A stretch of 64,000 bases of DNA. Origin: an uncultured Planctomycetaceae bacterium. GTDB taxonomy: Bacteria > Planctomycetota > Planctomycetia > Isosphaerales > Isosphaeraceae. The notes under the pieces were generated by a model, which saw only the letters and a list, made by a program, of their open reading frames with translations, was not told the DNA's origin and did no database searches. The position numbers were made by a program, and so were the translations under genes. Shown here one piece after another: positions 31,948-42,071 of the stretch (positions are counted from its first letter, which is position 1; each line of letters begins with the position of its first letter). The stretch spans positions 4,000,001-4,064,000 of the forward strand of contig CAWIAD010000002.1 of the NCBI GenBank assembly GCA_963833985.1, written 5' to 3'.

Positions 31948-33277
31948 GTGATTTTCGTGCACAAGGGCGCCGCGAAAAGCGGACACCCTCAGACTGCCGG
32001 CCGGGCCCTTGCTGGCTCCGAGCCGCCAACGCAACCCCATGCTCAATCGTCCGCCTCACGCCGCACCTGGAGTGCGGGCCGGATGTTCCGTTTCCTGATC
32101 GGGCTCGGGCTGCTGGGCTTGCCGGCCTGGATCCTGATGCCCGGCCTGGGCTCGATCACGAGTTCCCGGGCCGTGGTGAACACTCGCATCCTGACCCTGA
32201 GCCTCGCCCGCCGACGGCGTGGTCAGCGCCGCACCGGTGCGGGTGGGAGACCGCGTATCGCGCGAGACCAGACTGCTGAGCATTGACGCAACCAGGGTGC
32301 CGGATGCAAGGGTCGATGAACTCCGCACGGAATCGGCGAGCCTCGGAGGCCGCGTCCAGGCGCTCCGCCGTCACCAGGAGCGGCTGCGCTCGCTCACTCA
32401 GGATTTGCAGCAGCGGTTCAACAGCTACAAGGATTCGATGGTCCGGCGGGTCGCCCACGAGCTGGAAGAAGCGCGCTCGGAGGCCGAGGCGGCCGAGACG
32501 GCGCTGCGGCAGCGGACGTCCGAGGAGGCCGAAGAGCAGACGCGTGTGCGGAGAGGGCTGGGCAGCCAGCGCGAGCTGAACCAGGCACGGTTCACCGCCG
32601 AGATCGCTTCCAAGGTCGCCACGCGGGCGAACACGGCTGTCGAGCGGCTGACCGACCAGCTCGAATCCATGAAGCGAGGCGTGTTCACAGGTCCTGGCGA
32701 CAGCCGCAACGACGTTCCGTATTCCCAGCAGCGGATCCACGAGTTGACCGTTCAGGACCTGGACCTCGAGGCGCGGATCCAGGAAAGCGAGGCGCGGATC
32801 GCCCAGCTTGACAACCAGCTCGAGACCGAGCTGAAGCGCTCCGGCGCCGTCGCCGCCTACGACATGAAATCGCCCGTGGACGGGATCGTCTGGCGGCTGT
32901 TCGTGGCTCCTGGCAGCGCGGTTGGTCCGCAGACCAGGCTGGTCCAGGTTGCCAGCACGGCGGAGGTGTTCATCGATGCGGCGCTCGACGCCAAGTATGC
33001 CGACGAGATCCGACCCGGTGACCTGGCCATGGTGCGGCTGATTGGCTCGGATGTCGAGGCGCCCGCGACGGTCAAGTACCTGCTGGGCAGTGAAGAGACC
33101 CGGGCGGACGACACCCTGGCCGCCCAGCCGCCCACAACCACACGGCAGGAGCTTCATGTGATCATGAGCTTCGAGCAGCCTCCCGCCGGCGCACCGGCGT
33201 TCAACCAGGACTTCATCGGGCGCCGGGCCGAGGTCCGCTTCCCCGGTGTCACCCACTCGGTCCTGAGGATGCGGTAA
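31948..33277 (+). CDS. HlyD-family membrane fusion protein (BgsB-like; frameshift near 32203)
   Basis: TM FLIGLGLLGLPAWILM, RAVVN..LT, P.DGVV...VRVGDRV, long coiled coil, SPVDGIVW; GAGG RBS before GTG 31948. Confidence 0.75.
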
Positions 33278-33283
33278 GAACAC

Positions 33284-35390
33284 ATGGTCGAGCTCATCCC
33301 CACGTCCTGGAGCGACTTGCGCCCCTATGCCCTGAGCATCTTGCTGGTGGGCTTCTATCTCTGCGTGGCGCCGCGGCTGCCAAGGCGGCAGACCTGGGCG
33401 CGAGTGCTGGTCGCAGGCGTCTGCCTGGCCACGGCCGTCCGTTACCTGGCCTGGCGCGTCTGGGCCACGCTCCTGCCGGCCGAGCTCGCTTCGGCCACCG
33501 GAGCCTGGTACCTGTGCATCTACGCCATCGAGATCATCGCATTCGTGAACTATTCCATCTTCTACCTGATCATGCTGCGCTGGGCGGAACGCTCCGGCGA
33601 GGCCGATCAGCTCGAGGCCGCGCTGCGGAGACGGCCGGCGGCAGAACTGCCCAGCGTGGACGTGTTCATCCCGACTTACAACGAAGGTCCCGAGGTTCTG
33701 CACCGCACCATCCTGGCCGCGCTGAGCATCGATTATCCCCGATTCCAGGTGTACGTGCTGGACGATGGCGGCCGCGACTGGCTGAGGGAATACTGCGCGG
33801 AAAAGGGAGCCCGGTACATCCGCCGCGTGGAGCGCACGCACGCCAAGGCCGGGAACCTGAATCACGCCCTGCGCCTCACCAGCGCAGAGCTGTTCGCCAT
33901 CTTCGACGCCGATTTCGCCGCGGCGCGCAACTTCCTGTACCGCACCGTGGGGTTCTTCGACAATCCGAGCATTGGCATCGTTCAGACGCCGCAGCACTTC
34001 TTCAACCCCGATCCGATCCAGCACAACCTGGGGCTGGCGCGTGCTGCCGGACGACCAGCGGCTCTTCTTCGAGGTCATGGCCCAGAGCCGCGATGCATGG
34101 GACTGCGCGTTCTGCTGCGGCTCGTGCAGCCTCCAGCGCAGGTCCGCCATCGAGGGTGTCGGCGGGGTGCCCACCGGCTCGATCACCGAGGACATCCTCT
34201 CGACCATCATCCTTTTGCGCAAGGGCTACATCACGCGTTACCTGAATGAACGCCTGAGCATGGGACTGGCCGCGGAAAGCCTGGAAGGCTACTTCACCCA
34301 GCGCACGCGGTGGTGCCGCGGCGCCTTGCAGATGCTGTTTCTCAAGGAAGGCCCGCTGGGCCCCGGGCTGACCTTGATCCAGCGGCTCTTCTTCTTCCCG
34401 CTGGACTGGCTGGTCCAGTACCCGGTGCGGGTCGTGGGAATCATCGTGCCCATCGTCTTCCTCTGGACGGGCATCGGCCCGTTCCTCATCACATCGCTCG
34501 ACGAGCTGATGTCGTACCAGTTGCCGGCATTCATTGCGCTCACCTGGACCATGCGGTTCTTCGCGCCCAACTGCTACGTGCCCATCCTGTCCACGGCAAT
34601 CTCCTTCTTCAACAGCCTGCGGATGGTGCCCACGGCGCTGGCGACCATGATCAAGCCGTTCGGCGTTCCGTTTCGCGTCACCCCGAAGGGAAACAACAAC
34701 GCCGCCAGTGCGGCCGACCGGTACGCCCTGATCATCACCGGCGTGCTGGCAGCACTGACGCTCGGGGGGCTGATTCTCAACCGGCTGGACCCGGATCGGC
34801 TCATGGGCGGGCACACGGGCCTGGTCGTTGCCGAGATCTACGCCCTGGTGAACCTGGTGATCCTGGCTCTGGCCGCGGTCATGGCGCTGGAGGTGCCTCG
34901 ACTGCGCCGCACGGAGCGGTTCCCCGTCCATCACCACGGCACGTTCACCACGGCCAGTGAGGAACAGGATGTCCCCTGCGTGCTGCTGGACATCTCCGAG
35001 AGCGGTGCGCGACTGGCCAGCGATCAGTACCTGGAGGCGGGATCCTGGATCGATGTCGACGTCCCCGGCCTGGGCGTTCTGCCGGCGCGGGTGGTGCGCT
35101 CCACGAAGTTGAGCATTGCCGTCGAATTCTCTGACCTGGCCGAAGATCAGCGGCACAAAGTCATCGAATTCATCTACAGTTCGGGACTGAACAACGAGGT
35201 CAGGCAGCTCAACCTCTCCGACACGTTCCGCGGCCTGCTCTCATTCCTGCTCGGCATGCAGCCGGCCATCCGGCAGGCGCCCGCCGTGGTCAGAGGGCCA
35301 GAACGCGTCACGCCCGCGCTGCCCCCAAAACCGGTCTCATACCGGCCGCACCGCTCCCGTGACTCGCTTCAGCCCGTGAACGCCGGTTGA
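33284..35390 (+). CDS. Processive GT2 beta-glucan synthase with C-terminal PilZ-like domain (BgsA/BcsA/CrdS-like; frameshift near 34035)
   Basis: VDVFIPTYNE, LDDG, HAKAGNLN, FDAD, VQTPQHF, FCCGS, ITED, QRTRW, FRVTPK, RRTERF and DISESG. Confidence 0.88.
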
Positions 35391-35595
35391 CGGAGAGAGC
35401 CGTACTCGCCCGCAAGAAACGGAGGCCAGAAACGCGCGGCTGTCTCGATCAAGCCAGTGCGCCAATAAATGGCCTCTGCTCCACCATGACATCAGTGAAG
35501 TGAGGTAGATCCTCTTCGGTCGACTATCCCGCATTCGCGAGAAAAGATTTGCTGACGACTGGCTGAGCGCCTCTCGAAACCATGATGAACTCTTC

Positions 35596-36003
35596 TCACT
35601 GTCCGGTGGGACCAGGCAGGAACCGCGCGCTTGTGGCGATCACCATGGCTTTCATCTTCTGCGCGGGTTTGTCCAAGGGCCAGTTTCTCACGTCCGCGTG
35701 GTTTGGGTTTTCGGGGAGTGGACTTGCCTCGACAGTCAGTCCTTCGGCCTCGAATACAGTTGCCGCCAGATCCGCACGGCCATGCAACGTCGCCCGGCGA
35801 AGTCCGGACACTCTTTTCCCCTCTGACCAGAGCTCTTCCTCCGTGGCGTTCCGATGTCGCGTAACAGAGAGTTCCAGGTGTGGGTGCGGAATGAGTGCGT
35901 CCGGTTTGATGGTGCGGTTTGAACGAACGTGGCTGGAAAAGAGAATGTAACGAGCCAGAGATTCCGAGGAGTCGACCGGCGGGACATCATGCGAGTCAAA
36001 CAT
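35596..36003 (-). CDS. Hypothetical protein, possible ART/RES-like toxin
   Basis: 135 aa; LARY...LSVTRH...NPNHADV arrangement; starts 3 bp after the upstream stop. Confidence 0.7.
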   Translation of the reverse strand: MFDSHDVPPVDSSESLARYILFSSHVRSNRTIKPDALIPHPHLELSVTRHRNATEEELWSEGKRVSGLRRATLHGRADLAATVFEAEGLTVEASPLPENPNHADVRNWPLDKPAQKMKAMVIATSARFLPGPTGQ

Positions 36004-36006
36004 CGT

Positions 36007-36447
36007 TCAAAGTTCTCGAACGAGTTGAATCAGTGTATCAGGTGCTGACGAGTAGAATGCAAGTGTGCCGTAACGCCGATCCGCGCCAAAGAACCCGGCG
36101 TAGTGCAGGAAGCCATTGGGGTCCACGCTCACAGACAAGCTTCTGGCGGAAGACTTGTGCCATTCGAGCGTCAATTGACCGTCCGGCTCTGCGCCCATCG
36201 AAGGTCTTGGAAATCCCAGTGGGAGTGTATCGATCAGGACATACGCATAGCGAAAAGTCTCCAGATCAACGGGTAAAGCGTCGTACCCGTCCCAACCGGC
36301 ATTGCGACACTGCTCCCAGGTTTCCGCCAGTTCATCAAGAGCTTCCTGATGGCCAAGCACGGAAAAACGGAATGCCTCGCGAGGTTGCCGCGCTGCCGTA
36401 TCAATCACATGAGAGAACTGCCCTTCACACAACGACTCCGCGCTCAT
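36007..36447 (-). CDS. Hypothetical protein with WDGY-x-A-x-P and P-DG-LEW motifs
   Basis: ATGA overlap with the upstream gene; GWDGYDALP and GAEPDGQLTLEW. Confidence 0.75.
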   Translation of the reverse strand: MSAESLCEGQFSHVIDTAARQPREAFRFSVLGHQEALDELAETWEQCRNAGWDGYDALPVDLETFRYAYVLIDTLPLGFPRPSMGAEPDGQLTLEWHKSSARSLSVSVDPNGFLHYAGFFGADRRYGTLAFYSSAPDTLIQLVREL

Positions 36448-37235
36448 GATGAACCTCCCCCGAACGCTTCCACGGCCTGTGCCGTCAATAGCGTGAAGAA
36501 TACCTTGTTTTTCAGCCAGCGCATCTGCTTCAAGGCGCTGTCCATCGAATCAGGCTCGTCAGGAATTGGGGTTGTTGAAAACACGTCGATATCTAGCAGC
36601 AGGCCCGCACTCGCCTTCAACCCGGCCGAGAGTGGTTGGAGCACCTTGATGACTCGCACGTTGAACGGATGCCCTGGCACATCGAACGTACTCTGGTACA
36701 CGAATTCCTTCAGCGGCAGGTCCCATGGGCAGGTCGGTGGATCGTGCAGGTAGTCTTGCAGCGAGTGCGGCGTCGCCTGGGCAATCTGGTTAATGAAACG
36801 AACACCGAGTCGCTGGGTTTCCAGTGGCTCGGCAATCTCCGAGTATGCGCGCCATGCGTCACGTGCTGCCTGGAGGAACGTCTCCCAGTGCTCGTAATCT
36901 CTCACTCGGCTGAAAACCAGACCGTCCCGAGTCAGCTGAATTACGTACCGGCCATCATTCGACTTGAGCCGAAGTCCCTGCAAGCCGCGTCTATGCTTCA
37001 CAACAGAAGAGTCTTCGCCATCCTGGGCATCGACCGTTGCCATCATATCCACGTGATGAATGGGTTCCCGGACAGGGTACTCGGGAAGGCTCTCGGACAA
37101 CCGCTTGCGGAGCATTTCTTGATCGAGCAAGTTCCGCGAGCGCGCCTGCCAATGGATGGCTGCTTCCACAATCGGCGGTCGGGCCAGGCGTGGGAAGCTC
37201 TCGTTCAGATCGAGCGTGAATATCCCACGGGTCAT
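36444..37235 (-). CDS. TIGR04255 family protein
   Basis: LARPPIVEAAI, YEHWETF, RLGVRFIN, LLDID, KNKVFF..LT; ATG 37235. Confidence 0.8.
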   Translation of the reverse strand: MTRGIFTLDLNESFPRLARPPIVEAAIHWQARSRNLLDQEMLRKRLSESLPEYPVREPIHHVDMMATVDAQDGEDSSVVKHRRGLQGLRLKSNDGRYVIQLTRDGLVFSRVRDYEHWETFLQAARDAWRAYSEIAEPLETQRLGVRFINQIAQATPHSLQDYLHDPPTCPWDLPLKEFVYQSTFDVPGHPFNVRVIKVLQPLSAGLKASAGLLLDIDVFSTTPIPDEPDSMDSALKQMRWLKNKVFFTLLTAQAVEAFGGGSS

Positions 37236-37344
37236 TACAGCTTGCCTCCCCGGATGAAGCCCTTCTCTCAATGTATCGAGATCAGACTCGCCGAACACGG
37301 CCGTATTTCGCGGACAACGGGAACCCAGTTACGAGCCTCAGCAG

Positions 37345-37546
37345 CATGTCGACTTGCTCGCGGGCTTTCCAGCAGCATCTCGCCGGGCTCGACCTTCGGG
37401 CGCTGGGGGGACGAGGAGACCCTCGAAAGCCCGCTTCAGAAGGCTCTGGCGAAGCCGGGCAGCACGTTTCAAGATCGCGTCTACCTCTGCATCGATCTTA
37501 TCAAGAAGCGAGCTTCGCCTCTCGATCTCTCTGCGATTTCACGCTG
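37345..37546 (-). pseudogene. hsdS: 3' remnant of a type I restriction-modification specificity subunit
   Basis: Manual translation QREIA/EIERRSSLLDKIDAEVDAILKRAARLRQSLLKRAFEGLLVPQRPKVEPGEMLLE matches the HsdS conserved repeat LRQSILKRAFEG.LVPQD..DEP; no start or TRD visible. Confidence 0.75.
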
Positions 37547-37842
37547 ACGTGCGGCTGACCGGCCCGCTGCCCTGGCATGCCTTCGTGGTACGACCGGCGT
37601 GGTACGACCGGCATGGCCCCTTGCCCGAGCAGGGTCCCGCGGTGGCCAGAATCAGCCTCCTGGAGGAGGCTGTGAGCTCTGAGCGCCGGCGCCATGGAAG
37701 CCCTCACGCGACCCGCCGTCGATGGAGAACTGCGGCACCGGGGACCTGTGGCCGCTTCCGGTGGCGGATCGGCGGGGATAAGATCCAGCCAGTGTCGTGG
37801 CCTGGCGAGAGGCGGCTAACGGGCGGTTGGAGACAAGACCCG

Positions 37843-38877
37843 ATGATTCGTGTGACCCGATTTTCCCCGCGGCTTCTGGCGGTCGTCTTGCTCCTCGCCG
37901 CGGGAGTCACCATCCCCTCGGCCGCGTGCGCAGGGGATTCCTGGCTCGTCTTCAAGGGCGGCGCTGGCCCGGGCAAGGGAAAGCACGTCGTGCTTGTGAG
38001 CGGCGACGAGGAGTATCGTTCGGAGGAGGGGCTGCCGCAACTGGCGAAGATTCTCAGCAAGCGTCACGGCTTCGACTGCACCGTGCTCTTCGCACTGAGC
38101 GAGGACGGGGTGATCAACCCCACCCGTACCGACCATATCGCGGGCCTGCAAGCGCTGCGGACGGCCGAGCTGATGGTCATCCTCACGCGGTTCCGCAACC
38201 TGCCCGACGTCGAGATGAAGGAAATCGCCGACTACGTGGATTCCGGCCGGCCGATCGTGGGCATGCGGACGGCGACGCACGCGTTCAACATCAAGCCCGG
38301 CAGCGGCTACGCCGGGTACTCGTGGACGAGCAAGACGTGGGAAGGCGGCTTCGGGCGTCAGGTGCTCGGCGAGACCTGGATCGACCATCACGGCCACCAC
38401 GGCAAGCAGAGCACGCGGGGCATCCTTGCGCCTGGTGCGGAAGGGCATCCCATCCTGCGCGGGATCAAGGACGGAGACATCTGGGGGCCGACCGATGTGT
38501 ACAAGGTGAGGCTGCCGCTTCCCGGCGACTGCAAGCCGCTGGTGCTCGGGCAGGTGCTCGAGGGCATGAGCCCGACCGACAGGCCGGTCGAAGGCCCGCA
38601 GAACGAGCCGATGATGCCCGTCGCCTGGACAAAGACCTTCGCCGGCAAGTCCGGCAAGCCCGCGCGTGTTTTCAACACCACCATGGGTGCCTCGCAGGAC
38701 CTGCTGAGTGAAGGCACCCGGCGGATGCTGGTGAACGCCTGCTACTGGGCCGCCGGCCTGGAAGATCGCATTTCCGCGAAGAGCGACGTCGCGCTGGTTG
38801 GCGACTACCGGCCAACGCCCTTCGGCTTCGGAGCCCACAAGAAGGGCGTGAAGCCGGAGGACCTGTCGGCGGAGTAG
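37843..38877 (+). CDS. Secreted ThuA-like (class I glutamine amidotransferase-like) protein
   Basis: Signal peptide; HVVLVSGDEEYRSEE, GMRTATHAF, HPILRG, PVAWT, RVFNTTMG. Confidence 0.8.
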   Translation: MIRVTRFSPRLLAVVLLLAAGVTIPSAACAGDSWLVFKGGAGPGKGKHVVLVSGDEEYRSEEGLPQLAKILSKRHGFDCTVLFALSEDGVINPTRTDHIAGLQALRTAELMVILTRFRNLPDVEMKEIADYVDSGRPIVGMRTATHAFNIKPGSGYAGYSWTSKTWEGGFGRQVLGETWIDHHGHHGKQSTRGILAPGAEGHPILRGIKDGDIWGPTDVYKVRLPLPGDCKPLVLGQVLEGMSPTDRPVEGPQNEPMMPVAWTKTFAGKSGKPARVFNTTMGASQDLLSEGTRRMLVNACYWAAGLEDRISAKSDVALVGDYRPTPFGFGAHKKGVKPEDLSAE

Positions 38878-38898
38878 CGCGGCAAGGAAGGATCAGGA

Positions 38899-39201
38899 TC
38901 AACCGCGGAACTGGGTCTTCGGCCGCGCGGCCGCCAGTTCGTGCAGCGTATGCATGATGTTGTACGCGGAGAGCTCGCAGAGCAGCCGGGTGACGTCCTC
39001 GTGGAGGGAGTCGGAGAGCTCGGGCTCGACCTTCTTCATGAGGGCGATGAGCCGGTCCTCCTGCGCCTTGAGCTCATGGGCCTCGATCTTGCCGTCGGCC
39101 ATCGCTTCCATGAAGCCGGTGAGCCGCTGGGCGTAATCCTGGATGAGCGGGGCGTCGGTCGATTCGTCGAGCCAGTGCGTGCGTCCCTGGGTCTTGCTCA
39201 T
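38899..39201 (-). CDS. Small acidic hypothetical protein
   Basis: 100 aa helical protein with ADGKIEAHE (TerB/EF-hand-like loop), co-oriented downstream of the AAA gene. Confidence 0.75.
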   Translation of the reverse strand: MSKTQGRTHWLDESTDAPLIQDYAQRLTGFMEAMADGKIEAHELKAQEDRLIALMKKVEPELSDSLHEDVTRLLCELSAYNIMHTLHELAAARPKTQFRG

Positions 39202-39270
39202 GGGGTTGCTCTCTGGGTATCGATGATAAGGTGGAGACGTTTCCGTACGAAAACAACAGGAAGTCCCGGG

Positions 39271-41061
39271 TCAGTCCTCGATCAGCTTGCGAAGGCTCGC
39301 CATCCGCTCCTGGAGCCTGGCGCGCTCCTCGGGGTGGGTCAGGCGTTCCCGCCAGGCAGCCGGCAGATAGCTCATCGAGGTACATTCCAGCACGGCGGCG
39401 AGCTCTTGCTTCTCTTTTTCGAGCCCTTGCGCCGAGGGGACGAAGTCCTCGACCGCCTGCTTCAGGTCTTCGGTCATGATGGACTCGTGGCCCTCGATGA
39501 GGGCGCTGCGCTTGGCCGATAGGACGATGCTCTCGATATCGGCACCGCTCAGGTTCCGCCCGGCCAGGCCGTCGGGCAGCAGGTCGGGGTTGAGCTCGGC
39601 CTTGTTCTTCTTCCCCATCACCTTGAACATGTACCGCACTTCGGTCTCATCGATGGGGTTGAAGAGCGGCAGGTGGACCTCGGCGCGGCCCTGGCGCTTC
39701 AGGTCGATGGGTAGGAAGTCGGGCCGGCTGGTCAGGAGCATCCAGATCAGCTTACCGCGATAGCGGGTATCGCCCATCTGGCTGGCGATCATCGAGAAGA
39801 CGCGACCCGACGTGCCCGAATCACCCCCCGACTCGCGGTTCCCCAGCGCGGCGTCGGCCTCGTCGATGACCACGACGACCGGCCCCATGGCGCGGAGGAC
39901 GGTGAGCAGCTGCTCGAGGTTCCCTTCGGTCTCGCCCACGTACTTCGAGCGGAAGTTCTTGAGCTTGAGGCAAGGGACGCCCACCGAGCCGGCGAAGCAC
40001 TCCGCCAGGTAGGTCTTGCCGGTGCCGACGGGGCCGCAGATGAGGTAGCCCATGGGCGCGGCGTCGAGCCGGCCCTTGGCCAGCAGGGACGCGTCGTCGA
40101 TGAGCCGCTTGCGCACGCCGTCGTTGCCCACGAAGTCGTCGAGCGTATGAGGCGGCTCGACGAACTCGACGAGCCCCCGCGCCTGGCGTTCGATGAGTCC
40201 TTTCTTGAGGACCTTCAGGCTGCCCGAGTCGAGCTTGACGCCCGATTTCTCGGCCCGCGCCAGCAGCCGCTCCAGGCTCACCAGGCTGAGGCCGCTGGTG
40301 AGGTCGGCAAGCTGCGTGGGCGTGAAGTTGGTCAGGTTGCCCAGGTGGCCGTCGCGGTTGTCGAACCAGCCGGCGAACGCCTGCCGGGCGGCCGCATCCG
40401 GCATGGGAATCTCGATCGCGGCCACGTGCGGGCTGCCCACGAGGCGCTCGTTCAGCTCGGAGAGCCGGTCGCAGAGCATGCAGATGGCGATATTGCTGCG
40501 CTTGATATAAGGGCTCTGGGCCCAGGAGAGCAGGCGGACGAGGCGCGAGCCCTGCGGCCCGGCCATCTGGCTCAGCTCGGAGGTGGGCATGAGGTACTGG
40601 GCATGGTCGAAGATCACACCCACGTTGATACGCCGGTCCGGCTTGTCCTCGAGCACGTTCTTCTGGAAAAGCTGATCGAGCAGGGCAAGGAGGGCGTCGG
40701 GGTCCTTGGGCCAGCTTCTCGGCTCGCCGATCCGCTCGGAGACCGGGCCGAACATCGTGCGCAGCCGCTCACGGTTGGTCCCCGCGGCCATGCGCAGGCC
40801 GTAGCTCAGGTCGTGCACCAGCACGATGTCCCAGGCCCCGAAGAGCTGTGTGGCCAGAAAGTCCGAAACCGTACCGTAGGTTCCCGGCGCGGATTCGTCC
40901 TGGCGCACCAGGTCGTGCACGTTGCCGTTGAAGATGAAGAGGCAGGTGGAACCGGCATAGTACTGTTCGGCGAATTCGCGGGCCCACGCGGGAAACCATT
41001 TCGGGACGGCCGCGGCTGCCTCGCCGGGCAGGGCAGGGGCCGCGGCTGCCGGCACGCTCAT
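39271..41061 (-). CDS. Classical-clade AAA+ ATPase with degenerate N-terminal AAA module
   Basis: GPVGTGKT, SKYVGETE, VIDEAD, TSRPD...LKRQGR, SGADIE; start could extend to TTG 41178. Confidence 0.88.
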   Translation of the reverse strand: MSVPAAAAPALPGEAAAAVPKWFPAWAREFAEQYYAGSTCLFIFNGNVHDLVRQDESAPGTYGTVSDFLATQLFGAWDIVLVHDLSYGLRMAAGTNRERLRTMFGPVSERIGEPRSWPKDPDALLALLDQLFQKNVLEDKPDRRINVGVIFDHAQYLMPTSELSQMAGPQGSRLVRLLSWAQSPYIKRSNIAICMLCDRLSELNERLVGSPHVAAIEIPMPDAAARQAFAGWFDNRDGHLGNLTNFTPTQLADLTSGLSLVSLERLLARAEKSGVKLDSGSLKVLKKGLIERQARGLVEFVEPPHTLDDFVGNDGVRKRLIDDASLLAKGRLDAAPMGYLICGPVGTGKTYLAECFAGSVGVPCLKLKNFRSKYVGETEGNLEQLLTVLRAMGPVVVVIDEADAALGNRESGGDSGTSGRVFSMIASQMGDTRYRGKLIWMLLTSRPDFLPIDLKRQGRAEVHLPLFNPIDETEVRYMFKVMGKKNKAELNPDLLPDGLAGRNLSGADIESIVLSAKRSALIEGHESIMTEDLKQAVEDFVPSAQGLEKEKQELAAVLECTSMSYLPAAWRERLTHPEERARLQERMASLRKLIED

Positions 41062-41178
41062 GGCGGCAGCCGCGATCGCCGGTTCGGTCTCTCCGCCTGG
41101 TTTCACCACGGGGCGAATCTCCTGGGGTAATGGTGGGACTCTGGTCGACCCTGGCCGTCCCGACCCGATCCGATCCAA

Positions 41179-41928
41179 TCAGATCTCTGGTAGCGGCTCG
41201 AGGGCCCTGGTGGCCGGGCCGAGCTGCTTGGTGGACTGAGCGGCCGCGGGCGTGGCCAGCCCCATCTCTTTCTCGAAGTCCTTGAGCGCATCCTCGCCCA
41301 TCGTCTTCTCGACGGCGATCTCGCGCTTCACGTCCTCGACACCCTCGCCGGAAAGATCGGCCGCCACCCGGACGTGGGCGCGGTTCTTGTCGATCTGGTC
41401 CTGGAGGATCTGCTCGGCCTGGCCGAAATCGGTCGTGACGTTGAAGTTGAACTGGTTGGCAAGCTGCGACATCTCGGCCTCGGCGCGGCTCATCTTCAGG
41501 TCGGCGTCGTACTTGGTGATGCGGTGCTTGACTTCCTCCAGCTTCTCGACGGCATGCTTGATCTTCAGCAGGTTATTGCTGTAGGCCTGCTCATGCAGGG
41601 CGAGCTGCTTCTCGTTCTCGGCCTGGTCTTCCCTGGCTCGCTTCAGGTCCAGCGCGAACCTGGCCGCCGTCTCGCGATCGCCGGCGGCCAGATAGGCCTT
41701 GATCTTGGCCTCGATGGTCGCCACCTGCTTGCGCTGGCCGTCCACCTGCCGCGTCACCCGCTCAACGAGAGCCCGGTACTGGGCCAGTCCCTCGCGACCT
41801 TCCCGCAACTGGTCAACCGACCGGTCGTACTCGTACTGCATCTGGGCGATCGGGTCGTAGCCGCTGAACCAGTTGCCCAGCTTGTTGAACTGCGCCGAGA
41901 TGGCCTTCCAGATTTTTCCCAGGATCAT
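41179..41928 (-). CDS. PspA/IM30 (Vipp1, ESCRT-III-like) family protein
   Basis: Amphipathic N-terminal helix MILGKIWKAISAQFNKL, DP motif, long coiled coil, AGDRETAARFA. Confidence 0.85.
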   Translation of the reverse strand: MILGKIWKAISAQFNKLGNWFSGYDPIAQMQYEYDRSVDQLREGREGLAQYRALVERVTRQVDGQRKQVATIEAKIKAYLAAGDRETAARFALDLKRAREDQAENEKQLALHEQAYSNNLLKIKHAVEKLEEVKHRITKYDADLKMSRAEAEMSQLANQFNFNVTTDFGQAEQILQDQIDKNRAHVRVAADLSGEGVEDVKREIAVEKTMGEDALKDFEKEMGLATPAAAQSTKQLGPATRALEPLPEI

Positions 41929-42071
41929 GGTTCACCTATGTCCGAGCCAAGGGGAAGAGTGGAACGATAGAGCCATGGTAGTGGATCGCCGGGGCATTTT
42001 CCAAGCACGAGGTGCCACCTGGTGCACGGCTTCGAGGGCGATTCGGAAATCATCGCTATTCCTCGTCTGGT

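Noticed and set aside
33284..35390. Calling this gene bcsA (cellulose synthase)
   Set aside because: No bcsB/bcsZ/bcsC nearby and an MFP partner instead; product linkage cannot be read from sequence.
35400..35583. Possible fourth, broken gene after the TIGR04255 triad
   Set aside because: Minus-strand frame from ATG 35583 hits a stop after about 19 codons and shows no recognisable similarity.
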